Shown here in pieces: positions 9,391 through 19,000 of a stretch of 64,000 nucleotides of DNA. The translations under genes and the position numbers were made by a program. The notes under the pieces were generated by a model, which saw only the letters and a program-made list of their open reading frames with translations, had not been told where the DNA came from and ran no database searches. Each line of letters begins with the position of its first letter. Positions within the stretch are counted from its first letter, which is position 1. This DNA is from an uncultured Dehalococcoidia bacterium (GTDB lineage Bacteria; Chloroflexota; Dehalococcoidia; DSTF01; JACRBR01). The stretch lies in assembly GCA_964421985.1 (NCBI GenBank), contig CAYQZE010000108.1, positions 2,224 to 66,223 on the forward strand, given 5' to 3'.

Positions 9391-9484
9391 CGGTTCTCGG
9401 TTCTCGGTTCTCGGTTCTCGGTTCTCGGTTCTCGGTTCTCGGTTCTCGGTTCTCGGTTCTCGGTTCTCGGTTCTCGGTTCTCGG
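9391..9484. repeat. perfect heptanucleotide microsatellite (CGGTTCT)x13 plus a partial copy
   Basis: I counted 13 identical 7-bp units over 9391..9481, followed by CGG. A degenerate copy CGGTCGC lies at 9384..9390. The array is intergenic, between the GNAT stop (9372) and the phosphotransferase ATG (9501). Confidence 0.97.
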
Positions 9485-9500
9485 AAGCTACACTGCCCAC

Positions 9501-10523
9501 ATGCCGGAAACGGATCTCAGTGCGGCGTCCCATCCCCTTACGCGGGAATATTCGCAGCGGCTCGGCGTGCTCACTGCTACGCAGCTGCAGGCCGCGCTCG
9601 ATCGCTTCGATCTGGGCACGCTGGTCGATGCGCAGCCGGCGCCGGGCGGTCTCTTCGGGCAGAATGTGCTGCTCACGTCCACCGCGGGTGAGTATGTGCT
9701 GCGAGGCGCACCGCACTACGACGGGCAGTTCGCGAAGGAGCGATTCTTCTCGCGACTGGTCCACGAGCGCACGGAGGCGAACGCGCCGTGGCCCTTCCTG
9801 ATCGAGCGGTCGCCGGATCTCTTCGGCTGGAGCTATGCGCTGATGCCGAGGCTCCCGGGTGAGCACCTCCCTGACCCGTTTCAGCGCGCGGTGCCGCTCG
9901 ATGACCACATCGGCCTCGCGTGGGCCATGGGCGAACACCTCGCGCTCATGCAGACGGCGACATGGGACGCACCGGGCGAGTACGACCACGCGGCTGACGA
10001 ACTGGCGCCGCTCGGATTGCCGTTCCCCGAATGGTTCGTCGCGCGTACGCGTGCATGGCTTGCGCAGTGCTTGCGGGCATCGACCGAGACGACCCCGGCC
10101 GATGTCGACTGGATCGAATCGATCATCGCGTCCGCCGCCGAAGCGCTCGCTGTCCCTTTCGCACCCGTCATCGTCCACACCGATTACGCCGAAGGGAACG
10201 TGGTCGCGGAACGCGGCGGCGACGGCTGGCGCGTCACGGGCGTCTTCGACCTGGGCGACGCGTTCGTGGGCGACGGCGAGTACGACCTGGCGCGGCTCGC
10301 CACCTGGTACGGGCGCCTGAGCCCGGAGATCCTGCATGCGTTCATCGAAGCATACGCCGCGCGACGTCCTCTACGAGACAGATTCGCGACCCGCATGCAG
10401 CTCTACATCCTGGCGGAGCGCCTGATCATCTGGGAGTACGGTCAGCGCAACAAGATCTGGTTCAAGGAGGGGATGTCCTTCCGGACGTGGGCGGAGCAGT
10501 TCGTCGGCCTCGATCTAGCGTAG
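9501..10523 (+). CDS. phosphotransferase enzyme family protein (APH/ChoK-like kinase)
   Basis: Carries the catalytic loop HTDYAEGN (HxDxxxxN) and DLGDAFVGDGEYDLA. There is no Shine-Dalgarno. A TACACT box lies 7 nt upstream of the ATG, which suggests a leaderless mRNA. Confidence 0.85.
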   Translation: MPETDLSAASHPLTREYSQRLGVLTATQLQAALDRFDLGTLVDAQPAPGGLFGQNVLLTSTAGEYVLRGAPHYDGQFAKERFFSRLVHERTEANAPWPFLIERSPDLFGWSYALMPRLPGEHLPDPFQRAVPLDDHIGLAWAMGEHLALMQTATWDAPGEYDHAADELAPLGLPFPEWFVARTRAWLAQCLRASTETTPADVDWIESIIASAAEALAVPFAPVIVHTDYAEGNVVAERGGDGWRVTGVFDLGDAFVGDGEYDLARLATWYGRLSPEILHAFIEAYAARRPLRDRFATRMQLYILAERLIIWEYGQRNKIWFKEGMSFRTWAEQFVGLDLA

Positions 10524-10698
10524 CCGGCATCGTTGGCAGCGACGCGCGGAGCAGGTGCGCCGCTACCGACAGCGCTATGTCTGGCGTGGCATAACCCGTT
10601 AAGCAAGCTCGGGCTGTATAATCCACTCCACTCGGCGGCTGCGGGACGGGGTTCAGAGAGGCCCTACCTGATCAGCAGTTGAAAAGGAGACGATCCCC

Positions 10699-12720
10699 AT
10701 GATGAACGGCGCCATCAACGGCAAGATGCTCAACGTCCGCCTCAATGCGGGTAGCGTTGAGGTCGAGCAGATCCCGGAGGAGATGTACCGCAAATACCTG
10801 GGCGGCTACGGCATCGGCTCGCGGCTGATGTTCGACCGCATCCCGAAGGGTGCGGACCCGCTGGGTCCCGACAACGTTCTGGGGCTGTTCCCCGGCTTGC
10901 TCACCGGTACACCGTTCTTCGGCATCCGCTACCAGGCAGTCGCTAAATCACCGAAAACGGGCGGCTGGGGCGACGCGAACGCCGGCGGCGATTTCGGCCC
11001 ATACCTCAAGAACGCCGGCTGGGACGGCATCATGCTGTACGAGAAGTCCAGCAAGCCTGTCTACATCCACATCGACGACGACAAGGTCGAGATCAAGGAC
11101 GCCAGCGACATCTGGGGCATGCAGGCGATTGATGTCGAAATGAAGCTGAAGGAACGACACGGCAAGAAGGCCAGCGTCGCCTGTATCGGCCCCGCCGGCG
11201 AGAAGCTGTCACTGATGGCGGGCATCTGCAACGAGCGCGGCCGGCTCGCCGCGCGCAGCGGACTGGGCGCCGTCATGGGCTCCAAGAACGTGAAAGCGAT
11301 CGTCGTCAACGCTTCGAAGAACATCATCGGCTCCAGCCCGGAGATCATGAAGCAGGTGCGCACGTCGCTCGACGAGTTCGCCAAGCCGATCACGAACTTC
11401 TTCCGCACCTACGGCACGACCGGCATCACGTTCCCGTCGGCGATGTCGGGCGATGCGCCGGTGAAGAACTGGGGCGGCGTCGGCATGGTCGAATTCCCGC
11501 AGGCCAACGTGCTCACCGGCGACCAGTTCAATCTGCGCATGGACAAGAAGTACGCCTGCTGGCACTGCCCCGTCGCCTGTGGCGGAGAGTCGTACGCGTG
11601 GAACGAACAAGAGAACCAGGCGAAGGTCCGCATCGCCAAGCGCGAGGGCGACATCGCCGAGTTGAGGACGCAGCTGGCGGCGGCGGCCGACGATGCGAAG
11701 CAGCCGATCGAGGCGAACATCGCCAAACTCACGAACCAAAACGCCGCCGATGGCAAGGTGAAGAACGACGAACGCTACCCGTACCCGCACCACACCCACC
11801 GCGCCGAGTACGAGACGACGACCGCGTTCGGCACGATGATGCTGAACAACGACCTCAACTCGCTCCAGTACGCAAACCACCTCTGCAACCAGTATGGCCT
11901 CGACACGATCGCAGCCGGCGCGACACTCGCCTTCGCCACCGAGTGCTTCGAGAACGGCCTCATCACCAAGGAAGACACCGACGGCATCGACCTGCGGTGG
12001 GGCAACACCGGCGCGATCATGGCGGCCCTGCACAAGATCGGCACGAAGGACGGCGCGTTCGGCGAGTTGTTCGGCGACGGGGTGAAGGCCGCCGCCGCGA
12101 AGATCGGGCCGAAGTCGCTCGAGTTCGCGATGGAGATCGGCGGTGAGGAGCTGCCCATGCACGACCCGAAGCTCCAGCCCGAGTACTTCACCACTTACAA
12201 GCTGGACGCGACGCCTGCCCGCCACACGCAGTACGAGGCGGCACCGCGGCCACAGTGGAACTTCGTGAAGGCGCCGCAAGACCGCACGCAGGCGACGGAA
12301 CGCGGCAAGCATCACAAGGACTCGTCCGAGTACATGCACGTGGTCAACGCGACGGGCATGTGCCAGTTCATCATGATGGGCGCGCCCAACAACCGCCTCC
12401 CCGAGTGGATCAACACCGAGACCGGCTGGGACACCACGCACGAAGAGATGCGTGAGGCGGGCGAGCGCATCGCCAACATGCGCATGGCGTTCAACATCCG
12501 CGAGGGCGACATCCCGACGAAGCGTCGGATCCCCGGTCGGGTCTGGGGTGCATCCCCGCTCGAAGCCGGCCCGCACAAGGACCTCCAGATGGATGTCAAA
12601 ACGCTGGAGCAGGACTTCCTGGCCGCGTGCGACTGGGACGCGGCCACAGCCACGCCGCGCAAGAAGAAGCTCGAGTCGCTGGGGCTCGCGGACGTCGCCG
12701 AGACGATCGGCGCGCGCTAA
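10699..12720 (+). CDS. aldehyde:ferredoxin oxidoreductase family (tungstopterin) enzyme
   Basis: Has an AOR N-terminal domain (LNVRLNAGSVEVEQIPEEMYRKYLGGYGIGSRL...), the 4Fe-4S motif CWHCPVACGG, and EYETT. An AAAGGAG RBS precedes the start. Confidence 0.92.
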   Translation: MMNGAINGKMLNVRLNAGSVEVEQIPEEMYRKYLGGYGIGSRLMFDRIPKGADPLGPDNVLGLFPGLLTGTPFFGIRYQAVAKSPKTGGWGDANAGGDFGPYLKNAGWDGIMLYEKSSKPVYIHIDDDKVEIKDASDIWGMQAIDVEMKLKERHGKKASVACIGPAGEKLSLMAGICNERGRLAARSGLGAVMGSKNVKAIVVNASKNIIGSSPEIMKQVRTSLDEFAKPITNFFRTYGTTGITFPSAMSGDAPVKNWGGVGMVEFPQANVLTGDQFNLRMDKKYACWHCPVACGGESYAWNEQENQAKVRIAKREGDIAELRTQLAAAADDAKQPIEANIAKLTNQNAADGKVKNDERYPYPHHTHRAEYETTTAFGTMMLNNDLNSLQYANHLCNQYGLDTIAAGATLAFATECFENGLITKEDTDGIDLRWGNTGAIMAALHKIGTKDGAFGELFGDGVKAAAAKIGPKSLEFAMEIGGEELPMHDPKLQPEYFTTYKLDATPARHTQYEAAPRPQWNFVKAPQDRTQATERGKHHKDSSEYMHVVNATGMCQFIMMGAPNNRLPEWINTETGWDTTHEEMREAGERIANMRMAFNIREGDIPTKRRIPGRVWGASPLEAGPHKDLQMDVKTLEQDFLAACDWDAATATPRKKKLESLGLADVAETIGAR

Positions 12721-12746
12721 ACCCGCGAAGCGTCGCTTGTACGACG

Positions 12747-12780
12747 AGAGGAGGCTCCATATCCGGAGCCTCCTCTTTTT
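12747..12780 (+). terminator. rho-independent terminator after the AOR gene
   Basis: A 12-bp perfect stem (AGAGGAGGCTCC / GGAGCCTCCTCT) with a 6-nt loop is followed by TTTTT. Confidence 0.8.
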
Positions 12781-12813
12781 CGCCACCTCTTGGGCGAGTG
12801 CTACCATCGACCC

Positions 12814-13239
12814 GTGATCATCACGGACGATCTGCGGCGGTTCCTCGGCACACAGCGCGTCGCGCGCTTGGGCACCGTCGATGAGGCTGGGCGGCCGCAC
12901 CTCGTGCCGATCTGCTTCGCGCTTGGGGGCGACGTACTGTACAGCGCCATCGACGAGAAGCCGAAGCGCGGCGACTACGCCCGTCTGCGACGGCTCCGGA
13001 ACATCGCGGCGAACCCGCACGTACAGGTGCTGCTCGACGTGTACGACGATGATTGGTCGCGTTTGCGATACGTGCAGCTGCGCGGCGTCGCCCGCGTGAT
13101 CGAGCCCGGCGACACGCATAGCCGCGCAGTTTCGCTGTTGCGTGTGCGCTACGACCAGTACCGCGGGATGGCGCTGGAGTCGCGCCCGATCATCGCGGTG
13201 GACGTGCAGCGCGCGGTCGGCTGGCGGGCGCGGCCGTGA
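12814..13239 (+). CDS. PPOX-class F420-dependent oxidoreductase (TIGR03668-like)
   Basis: RVARLGTVDEAGRPHLVPICFAL...AIDEKPKR...LRNIAANPHV matches the pyridoxamine-phosphate-oxidase-like F420 family. The GTG start at 12814 is uncertain; the track ORF starts at 12790. Confidence 0.8.
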   Translation: MIITDDLRRFLGTQRVARLGTVDEAGRPHLVPICFALGGDVLYSAIDEKPKRGDYARLRRLRNIAANPHVQVLLDVYDDDWSRLRYVQLRGVARVIEPGDTHSRAVSLLRVRYDQYRGMALESRPIIAVDVQRAVGWRARP

Positions 13240-13370
13240 CCTGCGACGCCCGACCGCGGTCGTGCTCAACGGACCGTGACGCCCTCCGACCACGAAGCGT
13301 GCGGCCCGATACGAAGCTTCCAGGGACCGCCGCAGGCTCTGGTACGTTCCCCGAGCGTCGTGCGATCGCG

Positions 13371-13802
13371 TCACAGCTCGAACGTCATACGCACGCGAGC
13401 CCGCCGGGCGGCTGCCCACGCGGCCATGCGCTGCAGGTCGGCGAGACGCGCGGCGAGGCCGGGCGCATCCGCCGTGAGCCGGGCTATGCGTTCGTCGCCG
13501 GAGGCGAGCGCACCGTTTACGCCGGAGAGTGTATCCGCGAGCGGCCCGGCATCCTGCCACACGCGGTCCAGTTCGACCTGGTCGGCTTCGACCTCGACGT
13601 CGCGGTCGGCGAATGTCGTGAGCGGCCCGAGATCGATCTTCAGCTCGCCCCGCAAGAGCAAGGCGAGCTGCGAGAGCGGGTGAAGCGAGCCGTAGCGCGT
13701 CGAAAACGCCAGCGAAAGGAAGTAGACGAGGACGTCGCCCGCCCCGCCGAACTCGACCGGGCACGGCTCGGCAGCGTCCGTCTCAAAGAAAAAGCGCGGC
13801 AC
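13371..13802 (-). CDS. hypothetical protein
   Basis: The 143-aa ORF has a more protein-like composition than the Arg-rich plus-strand alternatives. I recognised no family. Confidence 0.45.
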   Translation of the reverse strand: MPRFFFETDAAEPCPVEFGGAGDVLVYFLSLAFSTRYGSLHPLSQLALLLRGELKIDLGPLTTFADRDVEVEADQVELDRVWQDAGPLADTLSGVNGALASGDERIARLTADAPGLAARLADLQRMAAWAAARRARVRMTFEL

Positions 13803-13897
13803 GCACCATGGTAACAGCGCACCCGCAGGGGGCGCCTACGCGCATCGCGACTATACTGCCATTGCGTTCCATCTGACCCAGATCGAAAGGATCCTGC

Positions 13898-15175
13898 GTG
13901 CCCATCGAGTGGCAGATCTCCACGCTCTCGAACGGCCTACGCGTCGTCACCACGCCGGTGCCTACGGCTCAGTCGGTCAGCGTCAACGTCTTCGTCGGCG
14001 TCGGTTCACGCGGCGAGGAGCGGCGGACCAACGGGCTGTCTCACTACATGGAACACATGTTGTTCAAGGGCACCGAACGCCGCCCGGATGCCATCGTCAT
14101 CGCCGAGGCGATCGAGGGCGCTGGCGGCGTCTTGAACGCCTACACGTCGAAGGAACTCACCTGCTACTGGAACCAGGTGCCCTTCGACAAGCTGGCACTC
14201 GCCATGGATGTGCTGGCGGACATGTATCGCAACTCGCTGCTCGCCCAGGCCGAGATCGACCGCGAGCGCACGGTCGTCCAGCAGGAGATCCGGCGCTCGT
14301 TCGACCAGCCCGGCGCCTGGGCGTCGGAGTTGTTGTCGGGCGCGACCTTCGGCGACCAGCCCATCGGCTGGCCGATCGCGGGCACGATCGAGACGGTGGA
14401 GGCGCTGCAGCGGGACGACTTCGTGGCGCACGTCGCAGCGAACTACGTGCCTTCGAACACCGTCGTGAGCGTCGCCGGCAACACGGGACACGCCGCGGTG
14501 CTGCGCCTTACAGAAGACCTCTTCGGAGATCGACCGCTCGGTGACGCGCCACGGGTGGCGCCAGCGCTCGCCCAATTCGCGCCCGATCGGGTGATCGTGG
14601 AGAAGCGCGAGATCGCCCAGTGCAACCTGGGGATCGCGCTGCACGCGCTGCCACGCAAAGACCTCGACCGCTACCCGCTGATGCTCCTCAACACGATCCT
14701 CGGGCGGGGGATGAGTTCGCGGCTGTTCAAAGAAGTACGCGAAAGGCGCGGCCTAGCATACTCCGTGGGCTCCGGCGTCGGGCGCTACAACGACATCGGC
14801 ACGATGAGCGTGAGCGCCGGCGTCACGCTGGAGAACCTCGAGGAGGCCACCCAGGTCATTCACAACGAGCTCTTCCGCCTGACGACGGAGCCGGCCGGCG
14901 AGGAGGAGATCACGAAGGCGCGCGACTCCTCCACCGGCAACTTCCGCCTCGGCCTGGAATCGACAATGGCGCTGGGGCAGCGCGCAGGAGAGTCGCTGCT
15001 GATGACGGGCGAGATCGAGCCCATCGAGGATGTCGTCGCCTCGATCGCCGCCGTCACCGCCGCCGACGTGCAACGCGTCGCGCAGCGATTGTTCAGGCCG
15101 GGCGCGTTCGCGATGGCCGTCGTCGGCCCGGGCGGCGACGCGGAGCGTTTGCGGGCGATACTCGAGGCCGCGTGA
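13898..15175 (+). CDS. M16 (pitrilysin/insulinase) family zinc peptidase
   Basis: Inverted zinc motif HYMEHMLFKGT (HxxEH). It starts at a GTG preceded by GAAAGGA. Confidence 0.9.
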   Translation: MPIEWQISTLSNGLRVVTTPVPTAQSVSVNVFVGVGSRGEERRTNGLSHYMEHMLFKGTERRPDAIVIAEAIEGAGGVLNAYTSKELTCYWNQVPFDKLALAMDVLADMYRNSLLAQAEIDRERTVVQQEIRRSFDQPGAWASELLSGATFGDQPIGWPIAGTIETVEALQRDDFVAHVAANYVPSNTVVSVAGNTGHAAVLRLTEDLFGDRPLGDAPRVAPALAQFAPDRVIVEKREIAQCNLGIALHALPRKDLDRYPLMLLNTILGRGMSSRLFKEVRERRGLAYSVGSGVGRYNDIGTMSVSAGVTLENLEEATQVIHNELFRLTTEPAGEEEITKARDSSTGNFRLGLESTMALGQRAGESLLMTGEIEPIEDVVASIAAVTAADVQRVAQRLFRPGAFAMAVVGPGGDAERLRAILEAA

Positions 15176-15302
15176 CGATTCCCATCTCACACCACCTGCG
15201 GTTTCCGCAACAATGCCTCGTAGACGAAGGCCCGCCCGGCTCGCTACGCTGCCGCGAGTTATGCAAAGCGTGGCCGGTAACGCACGCCCAGGAGGGGGTC
15301 CG

Positions 15303-16052
15303 GTGGCAGTAGAGGATATCGCGCTGGCCGCAACATCGTCGCGGGACGGCGCCGACCTGATCATCGATGCGCGCGACGTGGTGAAGACATACCGCACCGA
15401 CGACGTGGAGGTGAAGGCGCTGCGCGGCGTATCGCTGCATGTGCCTCGCGGCGAAATGGTGGCGATCATGGGGCCGTCCGGCTGCGGCAAGACGACGCTC
15501 CTTAACTGCCTCAGCGGCCTGGACACGATCAATGGCGGCCTCATCCTCATCAACAACGAAGACATCAACAAGATGTCAGACAACAAGCGCACCGAGTTCC
15601 GTGCGACGCAGATGGGGTTCGTCTTCCAGTTCTACAACCTCCTGCCAGTGCTCAGCGCCATCGAAAACGTCGAGCTGCCGTTGCTGGTCTCCGGCACAAA
15701 GAGCCGCGAAGCGCGTGCAAAGGCGGAAGCGGCGTTGGATCTGGTGCACCTGAGGGAGTGGGCGAAGCACAAGCCGTCGCAGCTCTCGGGCGGTCAGCGC
15801 CAGCGCATCACAATCGCCCGGGCCCTCGTGAATCGGCCGGCGATCGTCTGGGGCGACGAACCAACGGGTGATCTGGACACGGCGAACGCGGACGAGATCA
15901 TGGCGCTGATCACCGACTTGAACCGCAGGCACAACCAGACGTTCGTCATCGTCACGCACGCACCGGAAGTTGCGGCACGATGCCACCGCATCGTCTTCAT
16001 GAAGGACGGCGAGATTGTGCGCGCGGAGACGCCTCAGGGACGGGCTCCGTGA
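15303..16052 (+). CDS. ABC transporter ATP-binding protein (MacB/LolD-like)
   Basis: Has Walker A GPSGCGKTT, signature LSGGQRQR and Walker B IVWGDEPT. I chose the GTG at 15303 because a GGAGG lies 7 nt upstream. The track ORF begins at 15030, inside the previous gene. Confidence 0.9.
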   Translation: MAVEDIALAATSSRDGADLIIDARDVVKTYRTDDVEVKALRGVSLHVPRGEMVAIMGPSGCGKTTLLNCLSGLDTINGGLILINNEDINKMSDNKRTEFRATQMGFVFQFYNLLPVLSAIENVELPLLVSGTKSREARAKAEAALDLVHLREWAKHKPSQLSGGQRQRITIARALVNRPAIVWGDEPTGDLDTANADEIMALITDLNRRHNQTFVIVTHAPEVAARCHRIVFMKDGEIVRAETPQGRAP

Positions 16053-19000
16053 ACGAACTCTTTGGCCTTTCGATGACGATCATCATGCTCGTGCTGCTCG
16101 CACTGCTCGCGCTGTGCGCCGCCACGGTCGCCTGGGTCCTGCTGCAGAACCGAGTGATGTTCTTCATCGGCGTACGCAACATCCCGCGGCGCCGCGCCCA
16201 GACCGTGCTGATCATCATCGGACTGATGCTCAGCACGCTCATCATCGCGACTGCCTTCAGCATCGGCGACACCGTGGACTACAGCATTACGAACACTTCC
16301 TACGAACGGCTGCACAGCGTCGACGAGCTGGTGCTGACGAAGGCCGAATCCGATGAGGGCGCCTTCGGGGACAGCGCCTCGCTCATCTCCGCGCTCAGCG
16401 TGCCGCAGGCCGACGCCGACGCATACGTAGCGGCGATCAGGCGGACGGACGGCGTAGATGGCGCCATCAGCATCGTGCGCGGCGCGGCCGCGGCGCAGAA
16501 CGAAGCAAAGGGCCAGACCGAGCCAACGGTCGTGTTGTTCGGCATCGATCCCGCGCAGCTCGCCGGCTTCGTCTCGGACGTCGAGACGCTGGACGGGCGA
16601 CAGGTGTCACCCGCCGATCTTGACTCGGGCGAGATCTACGCGAACAAGTCCGCCGCCGAGAAACTGGACATCGCGAAGGGCGACCAGATCAAGCTCTTCG
16701 TGAGCAACAAGGAGCACGCGTTTACTGTCAAAGAGATCGTGAAGGATCGCGTGCTGACGGGCGCGGTCTTCGGCAGACCAGAGGGCTTCCTCGTCAGCCT
16801 GAGCCGCGCCCAGGAATTGTTCGGGCGGCCGGGCGAGGTCGACACGATCGCCGTCTCGAACGCCGGAGGCGTGCGCGACGGCCTCGAAGGATCGAAGGAA
16901 GTGACGACGCGACTCAACACGACGGTGTTTCTCGGCCAGAAGGTCGCGGCGACGCCGACCAAGCGTGACTTCGTCGATCAGGCTGCCGAGACCTCCAGCA
17001 TCTTCACGACGTTCTTCATCGTGCTCGGATTGTTCTCCATCGCCGCCGGGCTGCTGCTGATCTTCCTCATCTTCGTCATGCTCGCCGCGGAGCGAAAGAT
17101 GGAGATGGGCATGATGCGCGCGGTCGGCACCAAGCGCCGTCACCTCGTGCAGATCTTCATGTCCGAAGGCATGGTGTACAACGTTGGCGCCGCCGCCGTG
17201 GGTTGCGGACTCGGCATCGGCGTGGCGGTCGTGATGATCCGGGTCATGCAGATGATCTTCGCCGGTCTGGACCTGCAGATCATCTTCCACGTCACGTTGC
17301 GCAGCCTGATCGTCTCGTATTCCGTTGGCGTTGTGTTGACGTTCCTTACGGTCACGTTCTCGTCCTGGCGCATCGGCAACATCAACATCGTCAGCGCCAT
17401 CCGTGATACCGCCGAGCCACTCGCCATGCGCGACCGGCCGGCGCGAGGCGGCCTGCTCGGCACGATCTTCCGGAACATCTACTGGATCGTCTTCAAGCCG
17501 GCGACGAAAGGCGAATGGCTGCGCGTGGCGGCGCTGGTGGGCGTTATCGCGGTCGAAGCCGTGCTGGCATTCGCGCTGGGAAGCCTAGCCACGTGGCTGC
17601 TGGTCATCGGCATCGTCGTCATAACACTGACGGCGCTCGTGCTCGCGTTCCAGATCTTCCAGGCTGGCGCGATGCTGCTCACGGTCGGTGGCGCACTGGC
17701 TATCACCGGGTTGGCATCAGGGCAGGCGGGGCCGTTTGGGCTGGGGTTCTCGGCAGTCGTGTTCGGGGCGGCCATCGTCCTCGCCCAACTGCGCTTCCCC
17801 GCCCGGCCCGTCTATACGACGGCGGGGCTGCTGCTGCTCGTGGCGTGGCTGCTGCTGGCGGGCGGCAACACGCCCATCGGCTACATCAATGACCTCGACG
17901 GCGACATCGAGATGTTCTTCATCAGCGGCGTTTCCATGGTGCTGGCATCGACCTTCGTGCTGGTCTACAACACGGACCGCCTGCTGGGCGTGCTGACCCT
18001 CGCCGGGGCGGCCTTCCCCTCCCTTGTGCCGGCGATCCGGACCGCCATTGCGTACCCGCTCTCGAACAAGTTCCGCACCGGCATGACGATCGCGATGATC
18101 TCGCTGGTTATGTTCGCGCTGGTCATGATGTCGACGATGAACAGCAACTTCGACCGCATCTTCCTCAGCGACAAAGCGCTCGGCGGCTACGAGGTCGTCG
18201 CCACAGAGAACGCCGGCAACCCGATCGGCGACCTGAAGGAGGACCTTGCGATTCAGGGATTCGATGTGAGTGATATCGCCCGAGTCGACAAGATCGACGA
18301 GGCGAACACGAGCGTCTCGGACGTCAAGCAGTTGCTCGTTTCGGGCGAAACGACCAGCTACGACTCGTACGCGGTGCATGGACTCGGTGCGGGATTCATC
18401 GCGAACAACGGGTTGAACTTTCAGGCGCGCGCCAACGGATTCGACAGCGACGCGGCCGTATGGCAGGCGATGGCACAGAACCCGGACTACGCCGTCATCG
18501 ATGCCTTCGCCATGCCCAGCGGCGGGTTCGGCGACGGCGGAGGCGGGTTCACGCTGACCGGCATCAAGGCAACCGACCGGACGTTCGATCCGATCCAGGT
18601 CAGTGTGCGCGACAGCGCGAACCAGACGTTGCGGAACGTCAAGATCATCGGCGTGCTCTCGACGGAGGCCAGCGGTCTGTACTCAGGCCTCCTGCTGTCG
18701 AAGCCGGCGTTCGACGATGTGTTCGCGAAGCCGGGCGCGTCGCTACACTACGTGAGGCTCGAACCAGGGGTCGACGCCAACGCGACGGCGAAGGCGATCG
18801 AGAAGACGTTGCTCTTCCGGGGCGTGCAGGCGGACTCACTTCGGAAGCTGATCGATGACTACCAGGCGCAGAGCCGCGGCTTCCTCTACCTCATCCAGGG
18901 CTTCATGGGCATCGGGCTGTTCGTCGGCATCGCCGCCGTCGGCGTCATCGCCTTTCGGACGGTGGTCGAGCGACGGCAACAGATCGGTATGCTCCGCGCC

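Noticed and set aside
9391-9484. Possible CRISPR array
   Set aside because: The unit is only 7 bp with no spacers. It is a simple microsatellite, and there are no cas genes in the window.
9365-9691. 108-aa ORF translating to repeated SRFSVLG units
   Set aside because: It is an artefact of reading through the 7-bp microsatellite (3 units equal 7 codons). It overlaps the real phosphotransferase start in another frame.
11209-13764. 851-aa minus-strand ORF spanning the AOR gene, the terminator and the PPOX gene
   Set aside because: It is Arg/Ala/Gly-rich with low-complexity translation and no recognisable motif. It lies antisense to two well-supported genes and crosses an intrinsic terminator. 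This is a typical high-GC shadow ORF.
15030-15302. N-terminal extension of the ABC ATPase ORF overlapping the M16 gene
   Set aside because: The translation is Pro/Arg/Ser-rich and overlaps the 3' end of the M16 gene. The GTG at 15303 has a well-spaced GGAGG and gives a canonical ~249-aa ATPase.
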